This document shows, one piece after another, positions 11,792 through 21,898 of a DNA stretch of 64,000 bases. The position numbers were made by a program, and so were the translations under genes. The stretch lies in assembly GCA_963721805.1 (NCBI GenBank), contig CAVRJY010000002.1:1-64000 (forward strand), given 5' to 3'. The DNA comes from Nitrospirota bacterium. Its GTDB lineage: Bacteria > Nitrospirota > Thermodesulfovibrionia > Thermodesulfovibrionales > JdFR-86. The notes beneath the pieces are model-generated. The model had not been told where the DNA came from. It made no database searches and saw only the letters and a program-made list of their open reading frames with translations. The stretch's first letter is position 1; every line of letters starts with the position of its first letter.

Positions 11792-12187
11792 ATGAACTTT
11801 AAGCGCATTAAACTATCAGAAAACTCAACAAAGAGACTACAGCTTTTTAAAGCTAGAACAGGTTTAACTCCAAACGTTGCGTGTAGGATTGCCTTGGGAT
11901 TGTCTCTCTCTCAGAATAATCCTCCACCCCTCGAACTTTATACCGAGGAATCAGGCCAAGAAATAAACAAGTATACTTTGTTTGGTGAACATGAACAGAT
12001 ATTAATCGCTTTATTCTCTCAGTGGTGTCATGAAAACAACATTGATGACAATAAGTCTTATAGCTATTTAATTGCCCATATCAATTATGGGGTTGAGTTA
12101 CTGGTTAATCGGGTAAAAAGTCTTGCTGATATTTCCAATTTGGTATCCGGCTTATCGGAGAATTGTATTCGCATTATTAACCATTAA
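11792..12187 (+). CDS. dndE: DNA sulfur modification protein DndE
   Basis: RIKLS...KARTGLTPNVACRIALGLSL...EINKYTLFGE, directly after dndD. Confidence 0.9.
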   Translation: MNFKRIKLSENSTKRLQLFKARTGLTPNVACRIALGLSLSQNNPPPLELYTEESGQEINKYTLFGEHEQILIALFSQWCHENNIDDNKSYSYLIAHINYGVELLVNRVKSLADISNLVSGLSENCIRIINH

Positions 12188-12238
12188 CTTTGTTTATAGT
12201 TTTTTGCCCTCCATCCCACGGATGCGGTAAAATTCCGT

Positions 12239-12622
12239 ATGCCATCCTCACCCAAGAAGAAACCTAAGAAGTATATCCCGCTCCAATGGGTCGTTGAATC
12301 CATCATGGATGAGCCAAGCTATATCCAGACGGTCGATGTTCGGATGCCAGGCCTGTTATCTCCATGGGCGATTAATGCTGCTGCTTACCTCTGGTGAAGA
12401 ACCTTGGAATGGCTTATTGATTGCGACCGATCATGAGTCCCATGCCAGCATCAAGAAAGACTTCATTACCGTTGTCCAGCACACCGTCCTGAAGAAATGG
12501 TTATATCTGCCGGAAGCGACTGAGGACTTTGAAACTGTGGCTTCGGAAATCGTTGAAACGATCAGGATGAATGACCAAAGGTTCGGGGTGGAGCCGAAGG
12601 TAAAGAAGAAACGGAGCGAAGC
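12239..12622 (+). CDS. TfoX-N-like small protein (frameshifted; runs in frame into the GNAT gene)
   Basis: RSMFGCQACYLHG...EEPWNG...H.VLKKWLYL. Confidence 0.45.
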
Positions 12623-13208
12623 CATGACTGAACCTCTCATCCAATATCGTAAAGCTACCTCTGCTGACTTCGAGGGTATTCTCCGCCTCCAGCACCAAAA
12701 TCTTATAACTTCACTCCAAGAGGAAGATTTATCCCAGGGGTTTTTATCTATGAAGTTCACGAGGGAGCAACTGCATACGGTTAGCAGTGAGCTTGGTATT
12801 TTTATTGCCCTTCATGACAAGGAAGTCATTGGATACCTGATGGCTGAATCAATTGAATTTGCGATTGGGTCACCCTTGATAGCTCATCTGCTCAAACGAC
12901 TGAATAAAATCTTATCTGACGATGTTCCATGTTGTATGTTTGTTTATGGCCCTGTCTGTATCGACAAGCAATACCGGGGAACAGGAGTACTGGATGGAAT
13001 GTTCAACTTAATGCTCCAGACATTGAAGGGGCAATATGAGGTAGGCATAGCATTTGTATCAGCACTGAATGCTCGGTCGTTCAAGGCTCATCATGATAAA
13101 CTCGGGATGAAATTGGTTGATGAGTTTGAGTTCAATGGGCAACAGTTTAGGACCTTGATGTTTCGGCTAGATGAAATCGCAGGTGAGGGAGTTTCAGACG
13201 GACTTTGA
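12623..13208 (+). CDS. GNAT family N-acetyltransferase
   Basis: YRKATSADF...YGPVCIDKQYRGTGV...N.RS..AH..LG. Confidence 0.75.
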
Positions 13209-13430
13209 TACCCGGACAATCGTGGATGAGGCTGATTGAAGGCTTAAGGGCTATCTGAGGACGGTACAGAGCCCGGATATTGTGGTTTGTCTGACAGATA
13301 GCACTCTCATTTCAAAGGGTTAGAGCATGGCAATTGTAGTACACAAAGAATATAATAGGCTCATCAGTGATTTCCAAACCGAGAAGTCTGCTCTGGCAGC
13401 TCAACAATCAACCCAAAGGAGTACACCATC

Positions 13431-13613
13431 ATGGCAATGAACGTAGAGATAAAAGGCGACAAACTCGTTATCGAAATTGATCTGGAGAAACCAACGCCAT
13501 CAGCATCTGGTAAGACTCTTGTTGTTGCCAGCTCGCGTGGGAATACCGTGACCACTGCCAAAGTGGATGGGAAGCCAATCATAATTGGGTTGAATGCTTA
13601 TATTAAGCCCTAG
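13431..13613 (+). CDS. Small conserved-looking beta-rich hypothetical protein
   Basis: AAGGAG RBS; LVIEIDL...PSASGKTLVVASSRGN. Confidence 0.6.
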   Translation: MAMNVEIKGDKLVIEIDLEKPTPSASGKTLVVASSRGNTVTTAKVDGKPIIIGLNAYIKP

Positions 13614-13629
13614 ATAACGATAATAGAGT

Positions 13630-13905
13630 ATGGACAATCAGCCAGATATTGATGAAGTCCTTGGGATAACACGATGTGTCCAGTGCGGACATCGGCTGGA
13701 TCACGAGATTGAATGTCCTTTTTGTTCTATTGTTCAGCAATCCAAGGGCATGGATGCCTTGCCCAAGTGGATCTTGATTACAGCATGTTTCCTGACTTCT
13801 CCACTCAGCATCTGGTTTATTCTCAGGAACAAACAGTTGAATTCCATGGAAAAGGCCCTGACCGTTTCAGGATGCCTCCTGTGGGCTTGGTTATACTGGC
13901 GATGA
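13630..13905 (+). CDS. Zinc-ribbon membrane protein
   Basis: CVQC...CPFC followed by hydrophobic helices. Confidence 0.55.
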   Translation: MDNQPDIDEVLGITRCVQCGHRLDHEIECPFCSIVQQSKGMDALPKWILITACFLTSPLSIWFILRNKQLNSMEKALTVSGCLLWAWLYWR

Positions 13906-13976
13906 CATTATAGGTATTGACCACTGCCAATCGGATTAGATGTTTGGACTCCTCCGAAATAGAAGGCATATAGAGA

Positions 13977-14576
13977 TTAATCTCCTAACATTAATTTGAG
14001 CCGTTTTTTGGGATTGTCGAATCTCACGTTTTTTGCATCGAAATATTCGGGTTTGAAATCACCGTCAGCCCATTCAATATATTCCTGATAGTGTTCATTC
14101 TCAGGATCCATTATTGCTTCAATGAATTCTTCGTATCCCCAAATTCCGCCACAATCTTCAGGAGGACATGCTCTCTCACCTCCGATACAGATAGGATATT
14201 TAACCTTAGGTTCCCTTGGCATAATCTTTTCCAGAACTATCGAGTGATTCCAGTTGTCGCCAAAGTCGTAAATATAATTTGCCCGTTTATGCTTATCGTT
14301 GAAGTATTCAACTATTTTATGCTCCCAGCCGGGTAGAACTTCTCTATCATCCCATTCCTCAGCAGGTATCCCGATCTCCTCTTTCTTTCGTGATTTTGGA
14401 TTTATAATCTCGAAATTATGAAGATGAGAATCCGTCCATCCCATGCTATTTTGTATCGCTACGTGCAGGTCCCAGAACGTATAATCTTCAGGAACGATTA
14501 TTCGACGCCAGATAGGGGGTTTGCTTCCAGTGAGGGTTATCTTGAACTGAAACACATTTTCATATTTCTTGGGCAT
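13977..14576 (-). CDS. Plasmid pRiA4b ORF-3 family protein
   Basis: PPIWRRI, LHVAIQ.SMGW.DSHLH.F, YDFGDNW.H, RACPPEDCGG. Confidence 0.9.
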   Translation of the reverse strand: MPKKYENVFQFKITLTGSKPPIWRRIIVPEDYTFWDLHVAIQNSMGWTDSHLHNFEIINPKSRKKEEIGIPAEEWDDREVLPGWEHKIVEYFNDKHKRANYIYDFGDNWNHSIVLEKIMPREPKVKYPICIGGERACPPEDCGGIWGYEEFIEAIMDPENEHYQEYIEWADGDFKPEYFDAKNVRFDNPKKRLKLMLGD

Positions 14577-15051
14577 CCCGGCACCCCTCCTGATTTTGTC
14601 TGAATATAGCATATGATCTTATGGATGCTCAAGATATTTTCTATATGACCGCTTCATCGCATATGTGCTCCAAGGCTTGGGATAGAGAGAAAATTGAATG
14701 TGATTACGACTAAATTTTCAGTCGCTGTCCTTCACAAAGGTTTCATTATTCCTTCATTTGGTCTTCAAAGTATTTTGGTAAACTTTTTATATAGGATCAC
14801 CGCTAGATATTATTAAAACAGGCATCATCTCCAACTCCCTTTTGAGGGACGTATTCCAGGGAACCCCTCCCCCTGCAATGCGTCCCTCAACCTTTTTTAA
14901 CCGGACGCGATAGCTGTTCATTTTTGGACGACCTTTCTTGGTGTTCGTTAGGTTTTGATTTTTGATTCGATTAGGAGTTTAAATGCTGAATGGATAGATC
15001 CAATGACCGCTTCAACGCTATGGGCTCCACGGGGATGGAAGGGGGGAAAAG

Positions 15052-15717
15052 CTACACGTAAATGATGACCTCGAAATTACTAAATACGAATAATTCCTTT
15101 GGATTAATCTTAGTGAATTGAGCGATATACGGTTCTGCTCTTAGACGTAGGAAATCAGCAAATGTATTGGCTAAATAAACACTACGCTGTTTAAGGTGGG
15201 ATACCCTTATAAGGTTTTGAGTTTCACTTTTTGTGCTATCTGGATGCTCTATGAGCTTATCTGCTTGGTCATGAAGCATATTGGCCCGGACCCAGAGCTT
15301 GCGGAAATCATTATCAAGCGTCCCGAGTACTACCTCAGACTTGTTGATGTATTTTTTAAGATCTTTTTCGGGGTTTTTATTGCGGTTTACAAATCCAAAG
15401 GAAAATTGCTGTGTGGCTATAGTGCTTGTAAGATAGGCGAAATCAAGTTCTGGAATGTCATCTTCTATGCGACTAATTTCAGCAGAGACAAAATCATCCT
15501 CTGTGTTTCCTAATGCGAGAATTGGTTTCTGATAGCCATTATAGAATTCTAGCCCTTTATTTATCATGTGAAACAGATGATCACATTCTAAGTTTGCGTT
15601 ATCCTTGTGTCTGCTTATGAGCGGTAATAAAGCTTGAATCCTATCGTGACAAGTTTTGCATACCTCATATGTGATCGTGCCTGTTACCATTTGAGTGTTT
15701 CCGTTTTCGTTCGACAT
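15052..15717 (-). CDS. Hypothetical protein
   Basis: 221 aa ORF with AGGAG RBS. Confidence 0.6.
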   Translation of the reverse strand: MSNENGNTQMVTGTITYEVCKTCHDRIQALLPLISRHKDNANLECDHLFHMINKGLEFYNGYQKPILALGNTEDDFVSAEISRIEDDIPELDFAYLTSTIATQQFSFGFVNRNKNPEKDLKKYINKSEVVLGTLDNDFRKLWVRANMLHDQADKLIEHPDSTKSETQNLIRVSHLKQRSVYLANTFADFLRLRAEPYIAQFTKINPKELFVFSNFEVIIYV

Positions 15718-15934
15718 TACTTGTGATTCTCCTAAATTCGATATTTATGGTTATAGCTCTAAGTGCTATTCCGTTTTTCACTGCGTTCCCTGCTTCGGTC
15801 TTCTGTTGAATATCATCCAGACATTATCGATATTTCCTTTTTTGCTGGTTCTGGTGGTTGCTTGCTTTTGACATGCTATCAATCTCTACTTATATGTACC
15901 CTGTAGGTCAATTTATAATTTATTTCTGTCAGCT

Positions 15935-16126
15935 CTACTGTTCTAATGGGTTATCTTCAACGAATTTTAGCAATACTATTCTGGCGATTGAAGAGGCGGT
16001 TTCTACTACATCGGGATTACGTTTATTCAGATCAGCTGCCAACTTTCTGAAAAAATGAACTGAAGTTTTAGGGATTGAGGTCTTAAATGGTACTAACGAT
16101 GATTGAGATTCTGATTCTTCTGACAT
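15935..16126 (-). CDS. Small hypothetical protein, possibly RHH-like DNA-binding
   Basis: AAGGAGG RBS; beta-helix-helix pattern. Confidence 0.45.
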   Translation of the reverse strand: MSEESESQSSLVPFKTSIPKTSVHFFRKLAADLNKRNPDVVETASSIARIVLLKFVEDNPLEQ

Positions 16127-16335
16127 TGTGATGTTCCTCCTTGGGGTGATTATTCAAGCTGATCCTAAAAAGCTTGGTCGTATATTTGTTCATGCGTCCG
16201 AGGGGAAGCGTCTCACTTTGTGCATATCTCACGGTCGAACGCTGTTGCTAGGGATCTGGCTTTTATACTTTGTTCGGGAGTGCTCGATTTTAAAATAATC
16301 TGATGCGGGATTCCATCAGCACAGATAGCCATTAA

Positions 16336-16530
16336 TCAAATATCGATGCGACATGCGCCCTGACCAGTATTACCTGTAAGATGCTCAATAATTATCTCCC
16401 GGCATAGTTCTGCTGCTGAAGTTACTTTCGTGGTGTCCTCCATGTTCTTCTTTGCTGCGAGTTGACGAAGCTGTGAGCGATAAGTCTCAGGTAAGCTGAT
16501 CATCATGGCCACTTGTTTACATTGCTTCAT
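16336..16530 (-). CDS. Small RHH-like hypothetical protein
   Basis: AAGGAGG RBS; MMISLPE...LRQLA...SAAELCREII. Confidence 0.5.
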   Translation of the reverse strand: MKQCKQVAMMISLPETYRSQLRQLAAKKNMEDTTKVTSAAELCREIIIEHLTGNTGQGACRIDI

Positions 16531-16633
16531 TGTTGATGTCCTCCTTCATGGATATGTGGTATATAGTATTTGTTCGATGGTCAGACAAAAATAATCTGTT
16601 TTTGTGCAAATAGCTTTTGGCAGTCTCGGATCC

Positions 16634-16925
16634 GGTTAGAACCCCATGTGAAAAGGTTAGAAGTAAACTCGCCTGAAATTGCTTAAAATCAGCCGTTATT
16701 CGACAAAGGTTAGAAAGTTAGAAGGTTAGAAGTTAGACGCACATATATACCATATATAGAGAATAATATACGGAGTACGGCTAAAGACAAAACACTTCAA
16801 CATCACTTAAAGAATATATATATTACTTCTAACCTTCTAACTTTCTAACTACTAGCCTTATCTTCTTGTTTTTATTGCATTATTATGGTTAGAACTCGGT
16901 TAGAACTCGCTTGACCATTCTAACC
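16634..16925. repeat. GGTTAGAA iteron array, putative replication origin
   Basis: About 12 copies of (G/A)GTTAGAA in both orientations around an AT-rich core (16740-16826), just downstream of the primase-helicase. Confidence 0.75.
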
Positions 16926-16973
16926 ACAGCGAGGTCTGAGCCCAATTACCCAGACCTCGTATAGCGGCACTTT

Positions 16974-19900
16974 TTAGAACTCGATATCACCCAAACTCTC
17001 AATACGCTTTTCCCCATCGTCAGTAGGATTAATGCGACTGAGATCAACGTGGACATTATATCTTGAGGGAGTTTCAACACGTTCCTTCTCATAAAGAAGG
17101 ACTTCAGTTATCGCAGACAATTTAATCGCATAGCAGTAAATGGATTCGCTCATGATCTTTACAGATTTACCATTGCCCTTTTTATTTTTAACCAGCCAAC
17201 CACGATCCTCAAAAGTTCTAATCATTGATTCACCGTCGAATCCGTCGTCTTTAAGGATTCTCATGAAAACCGATTTCGTGAATGCAATATATCCCTCATC
17301 CCATTTTCCAGACCATCCGCTATGAGGGACAACTGGACTGTTATTCCCATAAGAGCTTGCAGCATGTTTACCCCAAAATGTGGTCTGATTAGAAACCGCC
17401 CAGCTATATAGAGCTTCAAGAGCTTTAACCGTCATATCGCGTTTTTCATTATTGATAGATTTATCCCATATGACATCAACCAGACGATCCTTATCAATAA
17501 ACCGAAGCTCTGGGATAGCTTCATGTATCAGAGAGATGGCCATGCTCAAGAGGGTAATGTATTCCGACAACCTGATAGCTACTGGATCATCACCTGCACG
17601 GGCACTGAAGATATTTTGTTCCTGACGATAGAGATCAACCCATTTTGACCAGTTTTGCTTATTCGCCATTATATATTCGATCCACCTGTAACCGACATGA
17701 CCATAGTTCTGCATGAGGAGCTGTTTGATTTGATTGACCTTGGTTGCCGTGATGTTATTTGTAGCACTAAATGGCGATCCCCATAGAGACAGGACCCGAC
17801 CACGTTGCCCACCATCTTGCGTGACATTTACAATCGGACTCTCACCGTTGGTTAAGAGCACTGTTCTCCAGGAGCCTCTATTTCCTAATCCTTTAATGCT
17901 TCCTCTGCCTTTGCCAACACCGCTACAGATTAAATAGATAACCCTGCTAAGTAGGGTATTTCCAGCGTCTCGGGCATTTCCTGTTCCTGCGAGTTTCGTA
18001 TCATCCATATACATTGGCAAATCATTCAGTAAGGATGCAGTTCTTTCGACGTTAACTCTGGTGGTCTCCCATGACCGTACAAGTGAGCTAGATGAGCGAT
18101 TATCTGGATTCCCCCAAGTCGAAGCTCCAAGGGCAAGAGTCGTGGTCTTACCAGTCGATGTTGTATTGCAATAATCAACGATGAAGTTCTGTACTTCAAG
18201 GATTTTAAGTAGCGGGGGTAATAGGGAAAAGTATATAGATGAAACAGCAACAGGATAATCAGATGCCAACTTCACAGCTTTTAGCCATTGGTTGAAGTCA
18301 CCCTTAGTCTTAAATCCCTTAGCAATCTGATCATTACCTTGGTCATCGGCGCTGAAGGAAACTTGTCCAGTTGAACTCGAATCAGAATAATATCGATCAC
18401 CACATAGGAATCCATCTGAATCACCCTGCCAGCCGAGAAATGAGCTGACCTTTGCTTCCGGTATGACCTTATAGTTCACATTGTCATAAGCGGCCAGGTA
18501 TTCAACCACAGATTTTGCATTGATACTGTTTATTGGTAGCCCATGGCCTGAAAGCTCCACAATCTTTTTTGTATCAGCTATTTTATGCTTTTCGAGTATT
18601 TGATCACTTGGTTTGCCGTCTCTTATCCAGCAGAGCTTAATGGATTCCATTCCTGAGTTAACGTCCGTGTACCTCTCGGTTAGAAACACGGGGATAGGGA
18701 GAATCTCAGCCTCATACCATTGCTCTTCTTTCTTGTCCCAAAGAACCTTTGATATGACACCCTTACCAGATATCGACCATCCAGCAGGAATGACCGCAGA
18801 TGCATCCACAGGGGCCTTAGGGACGATATTCTGTACAGCTTGACCAATACCTAGGGTGCGATCAATTCGATGAAATAGACCCGCTGGAGATTTAACCTTA
18901 CAGGATTCCAGACACTTAAACCCTTTCTCCTTAATGTGCTTGCATGTATGCGGTTTTGTGTCTTGAAGTGAATGCCGGATTTTCCTGTCCGTTTCAGCCT
19001 TATTGTAGTTCGGATGTCCCTTTGAGAATTCATGACAGAGTTCTTCTCCATTGGGGGATAGACATGCAATATTAGAAACCATAGCGTACCAGAGAGGTTC
19101 AGAGAGACTGGCCTGATTTTCATATGCATGTTTAAGGAAGGCACATTTCATAAGCTCGTCAATAGTTACATTATCGGTTCGAAAAGATTTTATAGTTTCT
19201 GTCCTGACAACAATTGGAGATGTCACAGGCTTTTCTTCGTTTGCAGATAATCCCCATTCATTTATCACTCGGTCAAGATCAGCTTCAGTGGCGTACTTTA
19301 TAGTAGACAGAATCTCAACTTGATCAGCATACGCTGTTTTGAATCCACTGTCAGGATCGAGAATAACCGTGTGATCTCCTTGCATTGCTATCCCTTGAAA
19401 TGGAAGAGCTATCAGATTTCCTATGCTATCTGGATCGCTGTGCTTGTCTTGAGTTGGGAAGAATTTATCAAATGATGAGTTTATGACATCATCACCTATG
19501 ACCTGAGCTTCCTTCAATAATGCCATGACCACAGTCCGAGCTTTCATTGCAGGAACTGGATCCTTAAAGAAGATATAGACGTGATACCCTTTGCCAGATT
19601 TTGATCTCAACACATAACAGTCAAGATCTTGCTCATATGCCGCATAATAATACTTCTCGACATCTAAAAGAGGATTTACGGGATAGTCTTCTTTTTCATG
19701 GTCGTCAAAATCGGCAGCAATGAAATGACAGGTATTATCCTTCAGTAATGGATATACCCCATGAATCTTTTTCCCGGCGATATGATCCTCAAGATGCTTA
19801 TCAGAAAATGGAATATACGCTGTTACCTTGCAAGCACTACAAGATCCGCTCTTCATACTCATGGGGCAGACATCTTTTTTCCAGATATTCGCACATAACG

Positions 19901-19991
19901 GATAGTACGGTTTTCCAAATCTCTGAGCTATCACATCAGTTCGCCCTTTGAAAACTTCTTTGACCAACGGCAGTAAATCACTTTTTTCCAT
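16974..19991 (-). CDS. AEP primase-polymerase fused to a DUF927 helicase
   Basis: GVYPLL..CHFIAADFD, RSKSGKGYHVYIFF, GNLIALPFQG (AEP); SEPLWY and a Cys cluster; LGWQ, TTSTGKTT, DLPMYMDD, GKGRG, NYGH (DUF927/P-loop). Confidence 0.85.
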   Translation of the reverse strand: MEKSDLLPLVKEVFKGRTDVIAQRFGKPYYPLCANIWKKDVCPMSMKSGSCSACKVTAYIPFSDKHLEDHIAGKKIHGVYPLLKDNTCHFIAADFDDHEKEDYPVNPLLDVEKYYYAAYEQDLDCYVLRSKSGKGYHVYIFFKDPVPAMKARTVVMALLKEAQVIGDDVINSSFDKFFPTQDKHSDPDSIGNLIALPFQGIAMQGDHTVILDPDSGFKTAYADQVEILSTIKYATEADLDRVINEWGLSANEEKPVTSPIVVRTETIKSFRTDNVTIDELMKCAFLKHAYENQASLSEPLWYAMVSNIACLSPNGEELCHEFSKGHPNYNKAETDRKIRHSLQDTKPHTCKHIKEKGFKCLESCKVKSPAGLFHRIDRTLGIGQAVQNIVPKAPVDASAVIPAGWSISGKGVISKVLWDKKEEQWYEAEILPIPVFLTERYTDVNSGMESIKLCWIRDGKPSDQILEKHKIADTKKIVELSGHGLPINSINAKSVVEYLAAYDNVNYKVIPEAKVSSFLGWQGDSDGFLCGDRYYSDSSSTGQVSFSADDQGNDQIAKGFKTKGDFNQWLKAVKLASDYPVAVSSIYFSLLPPLLKILEVQNFIVDYCNTTSTGKTTTLALGASTWGNPDNRSSSSLVRSWETTRVNVERTASLLNDLPMYMDDTKLAGTGNARDAGNTLLSRVIYLICSGVGKGRGSIKGLGNRGSWRTVLLTNGESPIVNVTQDGGQRGRVLSLWGSPFSATNNITATKVNQIKQLLMQNYGHVGYRWIEYIMANKQNWSKWVDLYRQEQNIFSARAGDDPVAIRLSEYITLLSMAISLIHEAIPELRFIDKDRLVDVIWDKSINNEKRDMTVKALEALYSWAVSNQTTFWGKHAASSYGNNSPVVPHSGWSGKWDEGYIAFTKSVFMRILKDDGFDGESMIRTFEDRGWLVKNKKGNGKSVKIMSESIYCYAIKLSAITEVLLYEKERVETPSRYNVHVDLSRINPTDDGEKRIESLGDIEF

Positions 19992-20472
19992 AATTTAATC
20001 GTTCCTTTAATAATTCCATAATTTGTTCAATACGACAAAGCCGCATTTTTAGTTTGTTACATCTTTCAATCAGAGAGAGGCCAATTAGTGGCATGTAGAC
20101 TATGACCCTATATCTCTATGTTCCCTGAGTAGTCAGATTTATTTTTTCTGGTCGGAATAGTGCTTATACGTCGTTAAACGCTATTTCCAATGGCAAGCAT
20201 AGCTACTGGAGATCGGGCTAGGAGGTTATTTGTCAGAAAAGTCCTGAGTAGAACATAGGATTTTTGGATAATGGTTTGGCGCTCAGAATTATTTTTCTTG
20301 GTCGCGATCACTGGGAAAAGCGATTATACGTCATTAAACGCTTAATCCAACTGGAGAGACAACCATTGGAACGGATCCCAGACAGTAATTTGCCTAAAAA
20401 AAGCTGGGGAAAAACGCAGGATCCTGCGTATTTTTGTTCTATAAGCGCGTCTCCCTTGCCGTATTTTGCACC

Positions 20473-21009
20473 TTATTCGGCTATCCGATTTTCGGGGGCC
20501 ACCTTTTTAAGATAGTAATAGGTCATTATTTTATTAATATCCGGCAGACAGCGAGATTTAAAACCATTCTTCTCATAAAATCTCATGGCTAAGTTATCTT
20601 CATGAACCGTTGTCTGGAGGACAATTTTATCAATGCCCAATTCCCTGCATTTTTGCTCCATTTTATCGAGTAAGTTCTGCCCTATTCCCATTGATCTGTA
20701 TTGTTCTTCTACATATAAATGTCTAATATGACAAAAAGAATATTGGGTTTTGATCCCAGCCACCAGAACTCCGATTATATGCGCATTATGCAAAGATAGG
20801 ATCGCAATTCCTTCATCATACTCTTTCGTCAAAATAAGCTTTTCTCGATCTTTTGTTAACGGAATAAAGTTCTTATCATATTTTATGACATGATTGTTCA
20901 ATTTATCTATAAATGGATAAATAGCATCCATGTATTCAACAGGGTTTACAATCAAATAACTCACTGGTTGCGAAATCAATTGCTTCTGATGCTTCTCTGA
21001 TGGTTTCAT
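20473..21009 (-). CDS. GNAT family N-acetyltransferase
   Basis: LYVEEQYRSMGIGQNLL, N.AMRFYEKNGF. Confidence 0.85.
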   Translation of the reverse strand: MKPSEKHQKQLISQPVSYLIVNPVEYMDAIYPFIDKLNNHVIKYDKNFIPLTKDREKLILTKEYDEGIAILSLHNAHIIGVLVAGIKTQYSFCHIRHLYVEEQYRSMGIGQNLLDKMEQKCRELGIDKIVLQTTVHEDNLAMRFYEKNGFKSRCLPDINKIMTYYYLKKVAPENRIAE

Positions 21010-21119
21010 CTGATCTTCTCCATTAATGCTGTTGGAAATCCACTCAACTATCACATGGCACGGAGATAGGGCGGATGGCGAAGGAGGGAGCCCACCACCA
21101 TCCACCCCCAGGAAGAAGA

Positions 21120-21671
21120 CTATTTGTCGCTAGTTGCGTTAGAGTGCGAAGCCTTTCCATCTCCATGCATCTTGCACTCCTGATGTCCAATGAACTCTTT
21201 CTTGAGCATCTCCTTGAGTTTCTTCCTCTGCTCGGGCGTCAGCTTCAATTTGATTTCTTCACGAGCTTTAATGAAGGAAAGCTTAATATCAGTCTTCAAG
21301 GATTCGATCTGCTTAAGTTTTGCCTCGACCGCACCCATGTCGACAGTGTCTTTGCGCATGATCTCTCTCAGTTCGATCTGAGCTATGCGCTCGTCGGCCC
21401 TTTTCCTTATAAGTTCCTTCATAACGTTGGACCTGATATCTCCTATCTCCGCCCTCTGAGTGTCGTTGAGGTCGAGGGCCATTATATTCCTCCACATGTG
21501 ACGCTTTCGCATGTGATGCCTTTCACCCTGCCATTCATCCTGCATCGTTGCCTTCGAGCAGGATGCACAATGCTTCATTCCGCCTTCATCGGCGCTTGCG
21601 GTCTGAGTGAAATACGCCCCACCAAACATCATTGTCGCGACAAGCAGACTTATGCTTAGGCGTTTAATCAT
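21120..21671 (-). CDS. Spy/CpxP-family periplasmic protein
   Basis: Signal peptide, His/Met-rich N-terminus, LDLNDTQ and LTPEQ motifs. Confidence 0.85.
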   Translation of the reverse strand: MIKRLSISLLVATMMFGGAYFTQTASADEGGMKHCASCSKATMQDEWQGERHHMRKRHMWRNIMALDLNDTQRAEIGDIRSNVMKELIRKRADERIAQIELREIMRKDTVDMGAVEAKLKQIESLKTDIKLSFIKAREEIKLKLTPEQRKKLKEMLKKEFIGHQECKMHGDGKASHSNATSDK

Positions 21672-21756
21672 CTTCGTTCTCCTCTTTCTGTTAACTGCGT
21701 TATTGTAATGAGCGATCTTATAGATTAAGATTAGCAGACGAATATGGCCCAATCGT

Positions 21757-21797
21757 GGAAGAAACAAGGAAGAAATGTGGAACAAATAAGGAAGTTC
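21757..21797. promoter_or_regulatory. Four GGAAGAAA-like direct repeats, 11-bp period
   Basis: Units start at 21757, 21768, 21779 and 21790, upstream of the spy-like gene. Confidence 0.5.
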
Positions 21798-21898
21798 ATG
21801 AAATGCTCAAGAAACGCTACGCTAAAGCCATTTTTATGCCGATAAGACGATTGGAGCATAAGCTTCGGACGGAGAAAAAGTGTTAAGGAGGATACACT

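Noticed and set aside
12294..13208. True TfoX-GNAT fusion
   Set aside because: An internal ATG with a GGAG RBS at 12623 and frequent local indels favour two genes.
16634..16925. CRISPR array
   Set aside because: 8-bp units in mixed orientation, with no regular spacers or cas genes.
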